This document shows, in pieces, positions 25,101 to 39,547 of a stretch of 64,000 nucleotides of DNA. The position numbers and the translations under genes are program-made. The notes below the pieces were generated by a model, which was not told where the DNA came from, did no database searches, and saw only the letters and a program-made list of their open reading frames with translations. Each line of letters opens with the position of its first letter. Positions within the stretch are counted from its first letter, which is position 1. The stretch comes from Botryllus schlosseri (Eukaryota): the NCBI GenBank assembly GCA_051294905.1, contig CM119373.1:1800001-1864000 (forward strand), written 5' to 3'.

Positions 25101-28100
25101 GGTCAACAAAATAAAATAAAAATAATTCGGCAGAAAATCTAGGTGCTGTTATAGGGTTTTCAAGGTTGCCAATGACGAATACTACTTTTGTTTTGCCAGA
25201 TTGACTTGCCCACCAGACTTGAGTCTTTTTTCCGTGTCATTTGCTGTCATCATTCTGGAGTTCGGCTCTCTCTTCGCCTGAACTTTTCAATACGCTGTAT
25301 TTACAGCGGATCGGAGTTGAGGAGCCCAGATAGACCACATATAAACATGGCAGAGCCGATACTTGAACCACCAACCATTGGTGTCGTGACTGCAGTGTTT
25401 AACCAACTGCGCCACTCGCTTCCACGTGACATGAATATATATCCTTATTGTTATGACGCGGCCACATGTTAACGTAGCTTATATAGCGTTACAACTATAG
25501 GGTTCGCTCGCATGATTCTAACAATAATGAAGACGTCATAGTTCAGTCGTAACAAATGATACATGGTGTTCTCTATTCTAACTCTAATCCTTTTAATGCT
25601 GTCTGTTGATCCATGCGTAACCTGAATAATTCCGACTTTCAGCTGCATCGTATTATTTGCACGTTTCCATACCGCTGTTTCACACCTACAGAATAGTCTG
25701 CCGTTCACTGTCGCAACAAGAACCACAATTATACACATTTATACATTCATTGCATTTATTACTCTGAAATAAAACTATTCACAAAAACACGTACAATCGT
25801 ATCAATAATCACCAGAATAATTCAGGTATTCATTGGTTGAAAATCCTTGCGCTCTTTTTGTCAAGAATGCCATAGTAGTATCTTCGCCCACATCTGATGT
25901 TTTACACTGTAACTGTTTCCCAGTCACGGAAAATTCATCCGGTTCCATGAATTCGATTATCTAAGGCAGTGGTTCTCAACCTTTTTTGACACGCGCCCCC
26001 CCTTGGAGATGGTCAAAAAAATCGCGCCCCCTGACCCCCCTTGCATTTATCGTCATGTCAAAAAGAGCACATCATCTAATACAGAGGTGGGCAACGTTTT
26101 TGATAATCATGACTGCATTTAGATTGCTTATGTAGCGTAAGGCCGCATTCCAGGGCATAGCCGCAATGAACGATCTGGACGCAAAATTCCTATGGTAAAC
26201 TGTCCATATCCATCTCCGGTGAACTCCGGACTATTCTACTTTTCACAATGGCCTATTGTATGCGCCGAAATCGCGAGTGGCAATGTTATGAATGATTGCC
26301 GGGAGGCGCATATTGTCGCGCGGAGCGCGAAAATCTTTCAGGGCCGCGAACGAATTGTTATTTCTTGCCATTTCCCATTCCGGCTCAGATTAAGAAGGGC
26401 GCTACTGCAATAAAATCGAAAAATGAAGTCGTGTTGAATTGCACGGAGGGCGAAGAAAATTTCAAAAATTGCGGAAAATGCGGGAGTGAATTCGTAATTG
26501 CAATTTTCATGTCTACGGCCGCCAACACATCCTAATTGATCGAATGAGGCGTCGACGGCCGCTCGAATTCCCTTCTAGGACCGCAGGCTGCCCATTCCTG
26601 ATCTAATAGTATACATAAGGTATATCTTACGTCAATTTTGAATCTGCATTCCAGTTGTTGAGTCTTTTACATTGCTGACAAATTTCTCCAAACTTGTTTG
26701 AAAATAACAATAAAACATTGAACAAGACATCCATTAATTAATTTCAAGGTAGGTCACCCTGAGACTAATCCTGATGCTGGTAGTGAGTACAGAGAGCAAG
26801 GCGTCGTTCTGTCCTGCCAGGCTAAATTTGATCAGTTTTGGAAATTAATAAAATTGTGTTGATTTATAGCCTAATCGAGGGCGAAACCGTGCAACCTATG
26901 TTGCATCTAAGTCTGCCTTAGGCATTGCAGTTCACAAGCTACTAACAACAGCTGCCCAGCGCGACAAGCTTTAGGCTACTGTCAAAGCTATGAATCAATG
27001 AATGACTTACACGTGGGAATTGCTCTCTATATCTCCAAAGAATATCAAAAATTTGCTCAAATGAAGTTGAAATCAGACTATACTCCGTTGAGCGCGGTTG
27101 CTAGAGTTTGTATTTTGCAAGCTTTCCTGAATATGGAATAATTTTCATCTCCATCAATCGTCTTCTCATAATGGATGTGAAACACATGTTCAGATATGTA
27201 CAATTTATACTGACCTTGTCAATTTCTCGCGCCCCCCCCCCCCTATACTGACTTCGTCAATTTCTCGCGCCCCCCAGGTTGAGAACCTCTGATCTAAGGT
27301 TTTAGTGGTCCGAAACCTAGTGAATCATGAAAATAAGTCTGGTGCCCCCCTATTTTAAGGGTGTAGTAAAAACCCAATGTGTAAGTGGTCGAAGTCTGCC
27401 TTCCGGTTAGGAATTCACTATTAGACCACTCGACTGATCAAGGGTATAATTTTTTTTGCTGTTTTCGGGATCAAATCCAGGTTGTTATAACAACCATCGG
27501 GTAAAAACTACGGGCTCATAGCATTTGGTTCGAGATCGATGGACACATCTCGAATTCTCCTCTACGATTGCCAATACGGTGAATAAAGTTGTATTCGTTT
27601 CGTTTTATTGCTTTGTGTGACCACTTAATCAACTGAGAATGTTGTAGAGACTTGCTCACGTTACATTTAGCGCTGCTATTAAGTTCAACATGAATGCGGG
27701 AAACAACACTCAGCAGTATCATCCTTTATGATACGATTACGAAATATTCTGACGACATAATTTTGTAGCTCTCAAATACAAGTATATTTAGTTACTCGTT
27801 TTTGCCAGAAAGCTGCAAAACACCTTTAATGTACAAATGACATCACTCTCGAAAATTGATCAGTAGCCTTTAGCGCCTTTGCGATTTAGGCATGCAGTGC
27901 GCATCAGGATAAAATACCTAGTCAAAAATATTTTATGTAAAACAACCCGAGCTATCAGTATAAGTATCAATTTAATAATATTTTCATCATTTCAAAACAC
28001 CACAAAACTTCGATACCATGAAAGGATAGGAAGATGTCAAAACTACTTGGAGTATAGCTAGCGTGACGGGGTTGTTATGAAGGGGAATAAGCAATCCAAA

Positions 28101-31100
28101 AGTACCCCAAATTCATTTTACATGATTTAAAATAAACCACTACATTCATGGAATCATGAGTCGGTGGATATTTCGCGATGAGCGCGACTAAAAACGTTGT
28201 GATTTAACAGATTTTGTCGAATGTTAGTTTGCAATGAGAAACCAGGAATAATCATATGTCCTTACTACACCATCTGCTGCGAGACCATTTTCTTCAGCGC
28301 CTCAACCGCGTCCAGAGCCAAGTGCCCTCTATTTCGCCCCCTGAGCGTTTCCGCCCCTTCAAAATCCAAGTAGCTCCCTGGGAGGCGATGGAGACAAGGT
28401 TAAGAACCACTGATCTAAATCATCACGAACTATATTGGTAAAATTACGTCTCCTCCAGCTTCATAAACTGCTCATCTTCGACAGTACAATGCTCCCGGAC
28501 GCATAGAAGAGTAGCGTACGACCAGTGTTGCTGATTATAAATTCTGTAGACGGAATTGGGCTCTGAGCTGTCGTAAGAAGTCGTCAGAAACAACATATAC
28601 AAATGCGCGTGGTCGTGTTCGTGTAGTTTTTGCGCTATCACGAAGCAACTAACGATCCAGATTAAACGTTTAAATTCTAATCTTTTCCAAGTCTATATCA
28701 TGGTATCATGCTCAATCTTCTAGAATGATAGATACTTTTGTACTCAGCGCTTCTTTGGAAATTGTGTCAATCATCACACCCATCTCTGATCTGAACATAT
28801 AAAGTGTCATCACCATGTTTTCATCTGCTATCACACTAATCGAATTTTTGAATTGTTCTTATGCTCTAATTTTAATTTTAATTCCAATCTAATTCATGAA
28901 TTGTTCTTATGCTCTAATTCTAATCTAATTTATTGTTTTCCTGAAAATGCCTATTTGACCGCGGCATGTTGCAGCGAGTCCATCTCGCAAAGGGATATCC
29001 AGAGTCAAGCCGCAATTGCATTACTTACACCGTACAGAAATAGTAGTTGTTGTGCGACGAATAATAGCCATACTGGAACAATTGTGACGCTTATCGCCGA
29101 ATCATGTTATTTGTGCCATGAAAATGAATGTTGCAATGTTCATTGATCTTTGCCTTTGGAACTCTTTTTGGACTACTTCCAGTCACGTATCTATTCATCA
29201 TATATCTATCTCGTTTGCATACGACCTCTTCAGTGTCTTTTGCTGACGATTTTCGAAGCTCGAGTTCAATTATTTAAACTGGGCTTTTCGTACGGCACTG
29301 CATACGCAGTGAGTTCAGCTACTAACGATTCGATATTAGGGCTATCCAGACATGTTGCTAGGTGAAAGACTATCTCATCCTAAAGATTGGCTTTGGGGAC
29401 GCCCTATAGCCCTAGTTTTCCAAGCGCCTCGGTGTCGAGTGCACTGTACGTCATGGCAATATCCCTATTCATGCCAGCTGACTCTCCATCGATGGAATGC
29501 TGTTGCCTTCGTTGAAGCTATTTCCGCTATAGCGAGGAATAGTGTTGTTGAGGACAGACGAATAGGTTTATTTAATACAACAACAATAATTATTTGAAAC
29601 TGAAATCAATTTTCGCATTTCAAAATGCTTTATTCGCGTTCTTCCAAATTCATAGATAAGATCGCCAGCCGCAAAATACGACTTCGCGGGCCGCCTATTG
29701 ATGACCCGGGTATAGTGCAAAACGAGCGAAGCTTGATATACAGACGTTAACCAATCTCTTTGTTATGAGACTCCACTGTGGTTTGATATGAATTGAACTT
29801 TTTGCTGTATTTATTTCTCATTCAGAATTTCATTCGATTTCCAAGTAGTTTTTCCGAATTCAGTAGCCAAATTCTAATTGTAAGTATAATCTAATTTGAA
29901 AATGACTGTGTTAATCTAATTCTAATTGTGATCTAATTTGAAAAAAATTGTATAGCTCAAATTATAATTCTAATCTAATTCGGAAATGCTAAAAATTTTC
30001 TAGTTGTCCTAGTCTGCCGCGTAAGTGGCGTCTTATAAAAGCTTATGAGTGGGCCGTGCTGCAGGTATTGTTTGTTTGTTTTGGGGTATTCATGGTGTTT
30101 GTCGACTACGATGGTCATTTACACCAGGCCGACATTCTTTTTATTTTCCGTAACTGCCGACTTATAGCACGGCTCACCTCTAGGCTTTTGTAAGACACCG
30201 CTGACGCGGATGAGGTGGCGAGGAGGAGCCTAGGTAAACCTCCAACACTTGGGTATCGAGATTCCCGTGCTGCAGGTCAGCAGCTACGAAATTTAAATGA
30301 AGCACATTGGCCTGGTGTAAATGACCATAGTAGTCGACAAACCCCATGAATACCTCAAATCAAACAAACAAGCGACTAGAAAGGGAGCATAGAAATACGT
30401 CAACTGATATCGTCGTTAGTGCCACTGATTTAGCGCTCCATAACTGTACTCAACAGGCAAATCATCACAATTTTGCCAATTCCATTGTTCGCGAATAAAT
30501 TCGTTGCTAGAATATAAACCCTATGATCCGTGATATGATTTAATGTACTATTATGTATATATGATTGATAATAAAGTATTCAAGTGAAAATACGGACATG
30601 TGGCAAAACTTTGAAACGAGTTGACAGATGGTCGGGCCCGTGAGAAATTTGAAGATTTTAATCCTACCCGAGTAGCCATTTGAGTTTGACAACCGTTCTC
30701 TAAGCTTAATTGCGATGACGAGATAGCATAATGGTATGATCCACGGCTGCAACACCAATTGGTTGCGGGTTCGAGTCTGACCGAGGTCGCCTCCAGAATT
30801 CCCAGCCAAGTGTTAGAGGTTTATATAGGGCTAGGCTCCACTTCATTCACCAGATCGGCGCTAGCGATTTCTTAAAAAAGGCTAGAAGTGGATTTTGCTA
30901 TGAGTGCTCTCAATATTGCAGGCCCTGAGTATTTTTCTGCACAGCGATCAATGTATATTTTTAAAGTTAGATGCCTCTTGGCTCTGCATTCAGAACAAGT
31001 CGTTTTACATGCAATCTAAATTCAAATCATTGGTAAAACGGAGTATATATTGCACGACATTAAAAGCTGGCGATTTCGTCTATTATAACATTTGAGATCG

Positions 31101-34100
31101 ACCGAGACCGAGTGTCTCATTTCGATTTCCCAGAAGTGTTTATGAATACGGGCTGGGCACCGTTTAAACCCTAATATTGTCGTTATCGAGTGATCACATA
31201 TTAAAATGGCTATCCGGACCACATATTAAAATGCTCCATCTCTAGGGTATTGAAAAAATCGGATACAGGTCCAAAATATGGCCCAGAAAAATGCCCGCCA
31301 TTTTTGCCCCTACCTTGGCTAGGTAACGTGTCTAGCCGTTTTGAAAAGCTTATTAAATCGGCTGTTCACCGTTGCTATTACAGCGTTAACACGCATGTAG
31401 TGTGCACGACGAAACCCTTGTTACCCAACTCTCGAAAAGATGTACTTCCTGCCTTTGATGCAAGTAATGTTGTTTACCAATACAAGTACCACTGTGATAG
31501 TAGGTATGTAGGATGTACGACCACTCGCAATTTGGGTGCGTGTAGTAAGCGGATATGAAATAATATAGATAAGTCCGGAGCTCATCGGAAATGGACATGG
31601 ATCTCTCAATATTGGTAGTTGGCGTCCAGCTATAGTTCATCGCGACTAAGCTCTGGAATGCTGCCGTAGGCGACATGATTAATCGATATGCAGCCGTGAA
31701 TAGTAAAAAGGTTGGCGACCCCTTGGAAATGAATTCCAGCTAAGCTTTTCATTTAAGAGAGCTCGTTTCTCATGCACTTGAAATTAACATCATTCAAACT
31801 TTTTTTTATAATGGTGTCGAAGCATATACACTTATACAATCTTCCAGCGATTTCAATACCAATTGACAATATATACCAGTATTTTAATAATCTGTAATAT
31901 GTATTGTGCTGCATCCGGAATATTTCGCGATCGGTATTTTTCGTTACATGTCGCTACATCTCTAATCACAAAACCATGTATTCCAAGGCGCCCATTGTAA
32001 AATGCCAACATGTAACAAGGTTTTTGTTATCGCTGGTAACGAAACGACCGGCGAACGGTCATATTATCAATATCTATTATAGGATAATAACTCATGGTAT
32101 AAATCTAGCCGACTTAGTGAAGAAAATCGATTTAGTGTTTGATGCTTGACTCATATGTACTCGGGATCCAATTTCCTAGTTTTTGATCACCCCGCTGGCC
32201 ACAGCGTCAATATGGGTATGCAATGTATTTTTAAGTATGTCGTATTTGACGAGGTGAAATTGTTCGATTGAAGGTTAACCGAAATAGCAGACTGAGATTC
32301 CACAAATATCGTGACATTGTGATTTACTATTTTTTAGCAATTTATGCGTTGCACGAATAAAAACCACATTCATAAATATTTGACTAGAACTGTCATTGTA
32401 CTTGACAGGGAGTACGCATCATTTGTCAAAATTATGAGAAATAGGCAACATAGCCGAATCTAGTTTTAAGATATCATATTGATAAGTATAGGCTATTGAT
32501 TATGTCATTGCCCAAGTCAAAATAAAACAGCGTTGGATTTAACTTCACTGGTGTTACAGCGGTGGAGAGGTAGCACTACGGTATTCACCCTCTTAAATCG
32601 GCGATAAAGATATGGATAAAGGGGTCAAAGATGAAACTGACTACACATTCAGGGTGCAATAGAATGCTCACTGTTGTTATAATAACTTGCGTCGATAGCG
32701 AAATACCGTGTCACGAGCTCAATTCCAATCAGTCGAAGCGGAGTTATTGCCGTCGTAAAATTTTGGATTTGAATAAAATAGTATTTACGGTGACCGATTC
32801 TTTAATCATTTATTACAATTGTGCCCACCGTAAATACTATTTTATGCAAATCCAAATTTGTCGACATCAATCACTACGCTACGGATGGTTTGAATGGAGC
32901 CAAATTTGGTGGACATCGTTTCTATCGACAACCTTACAATTTCATGGTTGAACAGAAAATTTTGAATTTTTTTTTATTAATTCTTATATAATAAATAAAA
33001 AAACTTTCTTCTCCTGTAGCAATGCGGCTACTGGTTGGAATTGAACCAAATTTGGTGTGTAGGCTTCAATTCGGTAATCTAACAATTTTATCAAGTAGCC
33101 AGTAGAATTTGAAAGAAAAAGTCATTTTTGAACACCCCTACTGTACAGTGTACAGACATTTGCTATTCCCATGCGCATAAGATGAACTATGATTTGATAT
33201 TAACGGGTGTGAGTATACACCATGGCACAAGAGACCTGAACGTACCTCATACTTATACCGCGGTATAAATCGAGTGCAATATTTTAATCCAAATTTTGCA
33301 TGCACGTAGGATATATGACCTCGATCTCATTATGACTCAGGTTTTGTTTTCATGTACCACCCTTTTCGGCCCCTTAGGTGCAAATACACACTATTTTCGC
33401 TAAAAGTGCACTCGAATAAAATATGCATGTTACGCATAAAACGCGTAGTATATTATGTCCATTAGAAATCGGTGTCTACTCTACAAGTTGTAAACCCAAA
33501 TGTACGAACGGGCAGTGCATTCATCGATTCGATATCTCTAAAATTCCATTGTGAGTCAACAAACCTGACTAAAATACGAGGTCACTGCAAATTGGTCGAT
33601 TGTCGCTTCATTGCGAAACATTCATTATTTTCAATGAAACATTCTTTCTTTGACGATATAATCAGTGTTTTTCCAAATCGTAACGACCGTAAAAGCATTT
33701 CAGCACTATTACACGCGGCATTTTTCATTTCATCGCCGATATCCACTAATTGCATATTAATATGAAATTCGCTAAAATATTCATTTATGCGAATGAGAAT
33801 CTAGAGTTGGTGATCATTATGCAAAGGTGAATTGCAAAATATGGTCGGAAGTTTCATCGCCCTTATTCTTGAATAGGCAACACAACTGTGAGAAGTCCAT
33901 CCGTCTGAAGTATAATTATGCGGTCGTTTTCACAATAAAATATTTTAAATTGATAATAATACAAACATCAAGTCAAGTGTTTAGATGTGCAAATCTGAAT
34001 TTATTAGCTATGAAAATTCTGTAACCGAAAATATATAAAAAGGAACGATATTTATCATGTTCCCAGCTATATTCGGATGAACTCTCGCAACTTTCGTATC

Positions 34101-35511
34101 TGATATCTTAAATTGGCTCATTAAACAAACGCTCTGTACGAATTCACATTCATATGACGATAATCAACATATGCGACTCGTAGCTTACATTGTCGTAAAC
34201 TTGCTTACCTCAACCAGTCCTCTTGTATATAATTTAAATCAAACGAATATCGTTCATACGTTTATAATTGTATATCGTTGATAAGTAGGTGGGTAGGGTA
34301 TTGAACTATATCAATTTTAAACATTCTGAGGTTTCGTATGTTGTCCTCTATTTTGGCCGATATTTAAAGACTGGCTACATCGCCATACTTGCGTAGTTGA
34401 GCAGTTCTGCGTATGCGTGAGCGATACAGCGCCTCTTCATTCCATTACTCCTCGCCACTTAATCCGCGTAAGCCGTGACTTGCGCAAAGTCTAGAAGTGG
34501 GCCGTGCTATAAGTCGGCAGTTGACGAATAAATATGAAGAATATTGGCCTGGTGTGAATGGCCGTAGTAGTTGACAAACACCATGAATATCTCAAAACAA
34601 ACAAACAAACTATTTATTCGTTCGTCGATTCCGAATAAATGGGTACTTCATCTGTATTTAAAACAGTTAGCAAAATGTAATGACTTTGAATCATGTCCAG
34701 TACGTTGAAATTTCAACTTGACTTGACTAGTGACTTGACTAGTGACTTGACTCGTGACTTGACTCGTGACTTGACTTGACTTGACTTGACTTGACTTGAC
34801 TTGACTTGACTTGACTTGACTTGACTTGACTTGACTTGACCCGAGTCACCTTTGAAAATCAAGTGACTTGACTTGACTTGACTCGAGTCAAAATGAATTG
34901 GCAACAAAACGTTTCTATGAATATCGACGAAGTCACAAAATCAATGTAAATACAGGCCAATGGCACACAAAGGCAGACAAACGTTTACAGGGGATCCAAA
35001 TATAAATAAGCAGTGGGACAGTATTGAATGCTTACACATCGGAATTGTATACTATATTGTTCCACATAATTCCATCGTTAATAATTCAACGGTATGAAGT
35101 GTATGCTCGAGCAGTATAGCTAACCCGTCGCTTCCACAATTGCATGTCTTAAATTGATATTTATCCAAACTTCAAGTCAAAAATATGGATGTGCGAACCT
35201 GAATCTAGTAGCTTTGAAATTCTAAATCCGATATTGATCGAATGAACCCTGCAAGATTGATATCTGAAATCGGTTCATCAAACAAACGGTATGTGCGAAT
35301 TCACAATCGTAATATCGAGAATCAACATCTGTGACTTTTCAGTGTCTTCTGATGGGAGTGCAATTCTTCAAAAAATATCACAAACCATAACGTATTCTTT
35401 ATTGCAGTCTTACCATAGCGGTACCCTATATAAAAAGATTGATGTGGCAATTATACAATTCATTTTTTATGTCGAAACAATAATACACCGTGTCGACCGG
35501 CACTGATATCT
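22152..35511 (+). repeat. Segmental duplication, copy 2
   Basis: Matches 1-17531. Lacks 2624-2764, the 5636-6978 insertion and 10850-13686. Retains 32037-32198, which copy 1 lacks. Confidence 0.97.
31198..31518 (+). mobile_element. Duplicated copy of the Penelope-like fragment, cut within the GIY-YIG domain by a 2837-bp deletion
   Basis: Near-identical to 10529-10849, then jumps to the equivalent of 13687. Confidence 0.88.
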
Positions 35512-37266
35512 AAATGTCTAATATAATGAAAATCGAAACCACTAAGAATAATATTGTTAAAATTTCGTCTCCACCAGCTTCAGAAACTGCCCATCTTCGA
35601 CAGTACACTACTCCCGGGTTCTTATTATGGCGTGGCGGAAATTGCAAAAGCCACCAAATGCGCCGAAGTGTGTGTACCGAACCCAATTCCAACGTCCACG
35701 TTTACGGTTTAATCTCTTGTATTCTTACCAACGCACACTCGGGGTCAACATCCAGTTACGACTAAAAAGAGTGGTGGGATAGCGTAGTGGTGTAATCCAC
35801 TGCTGCAACACCTATGGGTTACTGGTGCGAGTGCGACCAATTTCGACACTAGAATTCCTAATTAAGTGTTGGAGGTTTAGCTAGGCTCCTCCTCGCCATC
35901 TCATACGCGTAACAGACTTGGACAACTAGATAATTCCTCCAAGCACCTTAAAACATCATAGTACATTGATTCTGAGCATCTAGGAAGCCATTGGAAGCTG
36001 TAAAAACAGTTGCAAAAGTTGCAAAAACTTGCCCTAATAATAACATATTATCTACATATCAAGGTGAACGGCGAGATTTGTGGAATTAAATTAAATGTAG
36101 AATAGTAACAGGATCCAATCTGATAACCCAATCCATAAACTATATTTACAGAGTTACGATAGGACATCGTGATCCGGATCGAGCATGATATATTGAGGTG
36201 CCGTTAGATGTTTGTTAGGAATATGCACAAGGAAAATAAAGGAAGTATACCACATTTACAAAGATATATAGATAAAAGGGGTAAGAAAAGAGATACAGAT
36301 AAAAGGTGTTATCAGATTAGATGTTATATAATATCAATTGGTCTTGTAACTTAACCAAGTTAAGAATTGTACAGGCAAATTGAGATCCAGAAGCGTGACC
36401 CGGGGTGATATTCTCATCGATATAATATTAGGAATGCATTTAGTTTTTATCGATAAAAGTATAGTAATTTACGGAATAGTATGTCACAGAACGGCATTGA
36501 TATCACAAATGGAGCGAGATTACTGGAAATATTGCGCTTCTGTTAGCGTCACCCAGCACATGACAGCAATTTAGCTAATAAATTGTGTCGTATTAGATTT
36601 CAGAGGACAGAAATCAGGATACTCTGGGCAGAGAGTAGGCAGGTTTCGCCGTTCGCAGGATCGATTCAGTTTCTAAATCTCATGACGGATCACTACAGTG
36701 TAATTAGGATGATAAATAAATGCGTAAAATCCACAGTCATAAATAGTTTTCGCTTCATTCAAGTGGTCGGATAAATGGAGATTTTAGATAGGTAAAGCAA
36801 TATGATATGCAACAAATGAAACAAGCATCAAGTTATTTACGACACGCATAAGACACATGAATTGTATATCACCCTACGTAACAAAATTTCTGTTTGGCCA
36901 CCTTTTTGATGCCACTAGATATATATGTTTTATGATAGTGCTAAGTTCGAAAATTCAAGTATTTTTTCGTATAATCGATACTTTCCTATACTTAACACCG
37001 TACTTGTTTTTTCTGACTTATTTATAAAAATACCTAGTTTCAAAAGAGTTAGTGTAGTACAATTTGGACCAATTGAGAATTAAATATTATTGACAAATAA
37101 CTGTTTATGGTTTTATGTCAATTTCACCATTAATATATACTAATACTTTGGGTCCCACAATACATTATACGATAAGTCTTCTTTTAGGCATCAGTTCAAA
37201 TTGCCAAAGAGTTTCCTTGTGGCAATTGATATCAACTAATTGTGTTTGATAAGCGTTCCTTTAAGC

Positions 37267-38700
37267 CAGTGGTTCCCAACCGGGGAGGAATTCCCCCCTT
37301 GGGGGGAATTTTGCAATTTTTAGGGAGGAATTCCACTTTATAATTGTAACGGATTTCCCAAATTGTTCATGTCCGAACTGTCATGTAGTCAACCAGTTAT
37401 ATCCGAATGTATGCTCCTCATGGCTGTTTTTTGTTTGCTGAAAGTATGTTCAAATGCTATTTGAAATCTCTTTTTCACATACAAATCCCCCCCCCCTTTT
37501 TTCAAACTAGTTCAGATATGCTGCAGTTGGCAAGACAATTTTGTAGGCCAGCGACGGCCTCTCAATCAAATATATCCTAAGCGAGCAAATGTTGTGCCGA
37601 ATCTATCATAACAAGGCCTCTAGTGAAAGTATTTATCTTATATTTTCAAGTCAACATTTTCAGACAGTGACAAAATATTCCAACGTCATCGATTCAAGTC
37701 AAAGAACAGCCACCCGATCGAAAAGAGACATATTAAACTTGGTGCAATGTTGCCGAAACGTAATGGGTGTCCTAAATTTCAATGAGCTCCAGCAGGGAAT
37801 CTGATCACGTGTATGTTATATATCAGGGCTCTAACTAAATCACGAGGCTCCGAGTCACAAGTCAATCTCACTTTCATAGTTTTGACTCGAGTCAAGTCTA
37901 GTCATTTTCAATTCACCATTGAGTCAAGTCTGAGTCCAAGTCACCGAGCTGAGTGTCGAGTCCGAGTCATGATATTATGACTCGAGTCCAAGTCACACCC
38001 CAGTCCACACTGTTTGGTGATATTGAATGATGATTTGGATTTATCATATACTAATTTTCCTCACTTGGAGCAGTTTCTTGTCGCATTGTCAATTACCAGG
38101 ATCAATAGACGAAATTCCAATAGGGTGGTCGCTTTACTGTTCTTCGAAATTACAAAGAAATGTCGGTCTTGGCCGTCTCATAGTCTCGAGTCATATGGTT
38201 TGGTTCGAGTCATGCACAATGACTCGAGTCCAAGTCGAGTCAATACCCAGATTGTCTCGAGTCGTTTCCGTAATTTGAGAAAATGACTCGAGTCTGGTCA
38301 ACCCTCCTATATATGAAAGCGCCAATATTATTGGCCAAATGCATTGGCCAACTTGAAAAAAAATCGCGAGACCAGCAAATTTATGCATACTGACTTTTCA
38401 CAACAGTTATATTAGCGATTGGTGCATGGTAAGCCGAAAACACAAATGGAAGTGTGGGGGTTTGTTGAGTCAAGCGTTCCAAAATTTGGGACCAAGACCA
38501 TTGTTTTTGACGGTCTTCAAAGTGTTATTACAGCGCTGCTAGAAACAAACACTCGGTACCGCCCGTCTTTTTCTCTCAAAGGGTGTTAGCGCGGTAAAAA
38601 TGACCTTTTTTAATCATCGGCCAGATTTATCCTAAGGGGGGAATTTTGGCTTAAATTTCGGCCAAGGGAGGCACGAGATGAAGAAGGTTGGGAACCACTG
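37267..38700. mobile_element. Non-autonomous hAT element just upstream of LRR exon C
   Basis: Perfect 15-bp TIR cagtggttcccaacc, perfect TSD ctttaagc. Confidence 0.93.
37824..38306. mobile_element. GACTCGAGTC-rich hAT-like MITE nested in 37267-38700
   Basis: Ends caggg...accctc, TSD ttatatat/ctatatat. Inverted homolog of 47548-48001. Confidence 0.8.
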
Positions 38701-38858
38701 CTTTAAGCTTTTCCCTCTCACGTTTCGGTATGCCACATGTTGAATATCGTACATTTGTTTTGCCGCGAACATATTCAGGTACCTAACCACGTATGCATAA
38801 CCTATTATGCAATATGATTTGCGAAGTACAATGCAAGATTTGTGCATGTTGGTTTCAG

Positions 38859-39029
38859 ATTCCGGAACTTACGATTGATTGGTCCCATTCGATTGCAACT
38901 GAAGATGATATATCAGCACTGTGCGACATGATGATGTTTGCTGTACAAGAAATGACTCTATGGAATTGGAACATTGATGCTAAAGGCAAGCAGAGACTAC
39001 TGGATACACTTCAGCTCGAAAATTCAAAG
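38859..39029 (+). CDS. LRR-like exon C (171 nt, phase 0-0): IPELTIDWSHSIATEDDISALCDMMMFAVQEMTLWNWNIDAKGKQRLLDTLQLENSK
   Basis: Acceptor ggtttcag, donor aag|gtcgga, 57 open codons, IxxLxI and VxxMxLxxWxI repeats. Same phase and similar size as exons A and B. Confidence 0.75.
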
Positions 39030-39512
39030 GTCGGATTTGGCATTCGAAACTCGATATAATAGTTTCTTACTGCTACTACTTGTTATTTATTGCTGCTGTT
39101 TAGTTACCATGTATCTCCAATCTACAGCTGCTGGCCCATGGGTCCCATCTGGATTGCCAGGTATCTCGCTTGGTTCTGAGGCGCTAATCTGTTACTGCAC
39201 GCATCATTAAAATATCGTTTTTGAAAGCACATGTGCACTGTGCAGCGCTGCATTCCTAACGTACTATAGGAACAATAAATATGTCACACAAGGTAACTGT
39301 GTCTTCCTCATTTGTCGACTTGTAAAATTCGTGGCGCTGGGTATTCCTCACATCACACTGGATCTGGGAGGTATGAACTTTTGGCGGAAAACGTTCTCAC
39401 TCTCCAATTGTAATCACGGCTTTACTTATGAAAGTGTATTTGAGATGGTCTGGGTTTTGACATATTTATCGCCGTAGTAGAATTCCCACATCCATTGCAG
39501 ATATAAAATGAA

Positions 39513-39547
39513 ACCCAAAGCTTTTCGAGCTGACTCTCTTCAAGGGC
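39513..39547 (-). ncRNA. Variant minimal hammerhead motif (second subfamily)
   Basis: Reverse complement reads gccc-TTGAAGA-gag(tcag)ctc-GAAA-agct-TT-gggt. 3-bp helix II, palindrome AAGCTT. C3U and U17 may impair cleavage. Confidence 0.65.
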
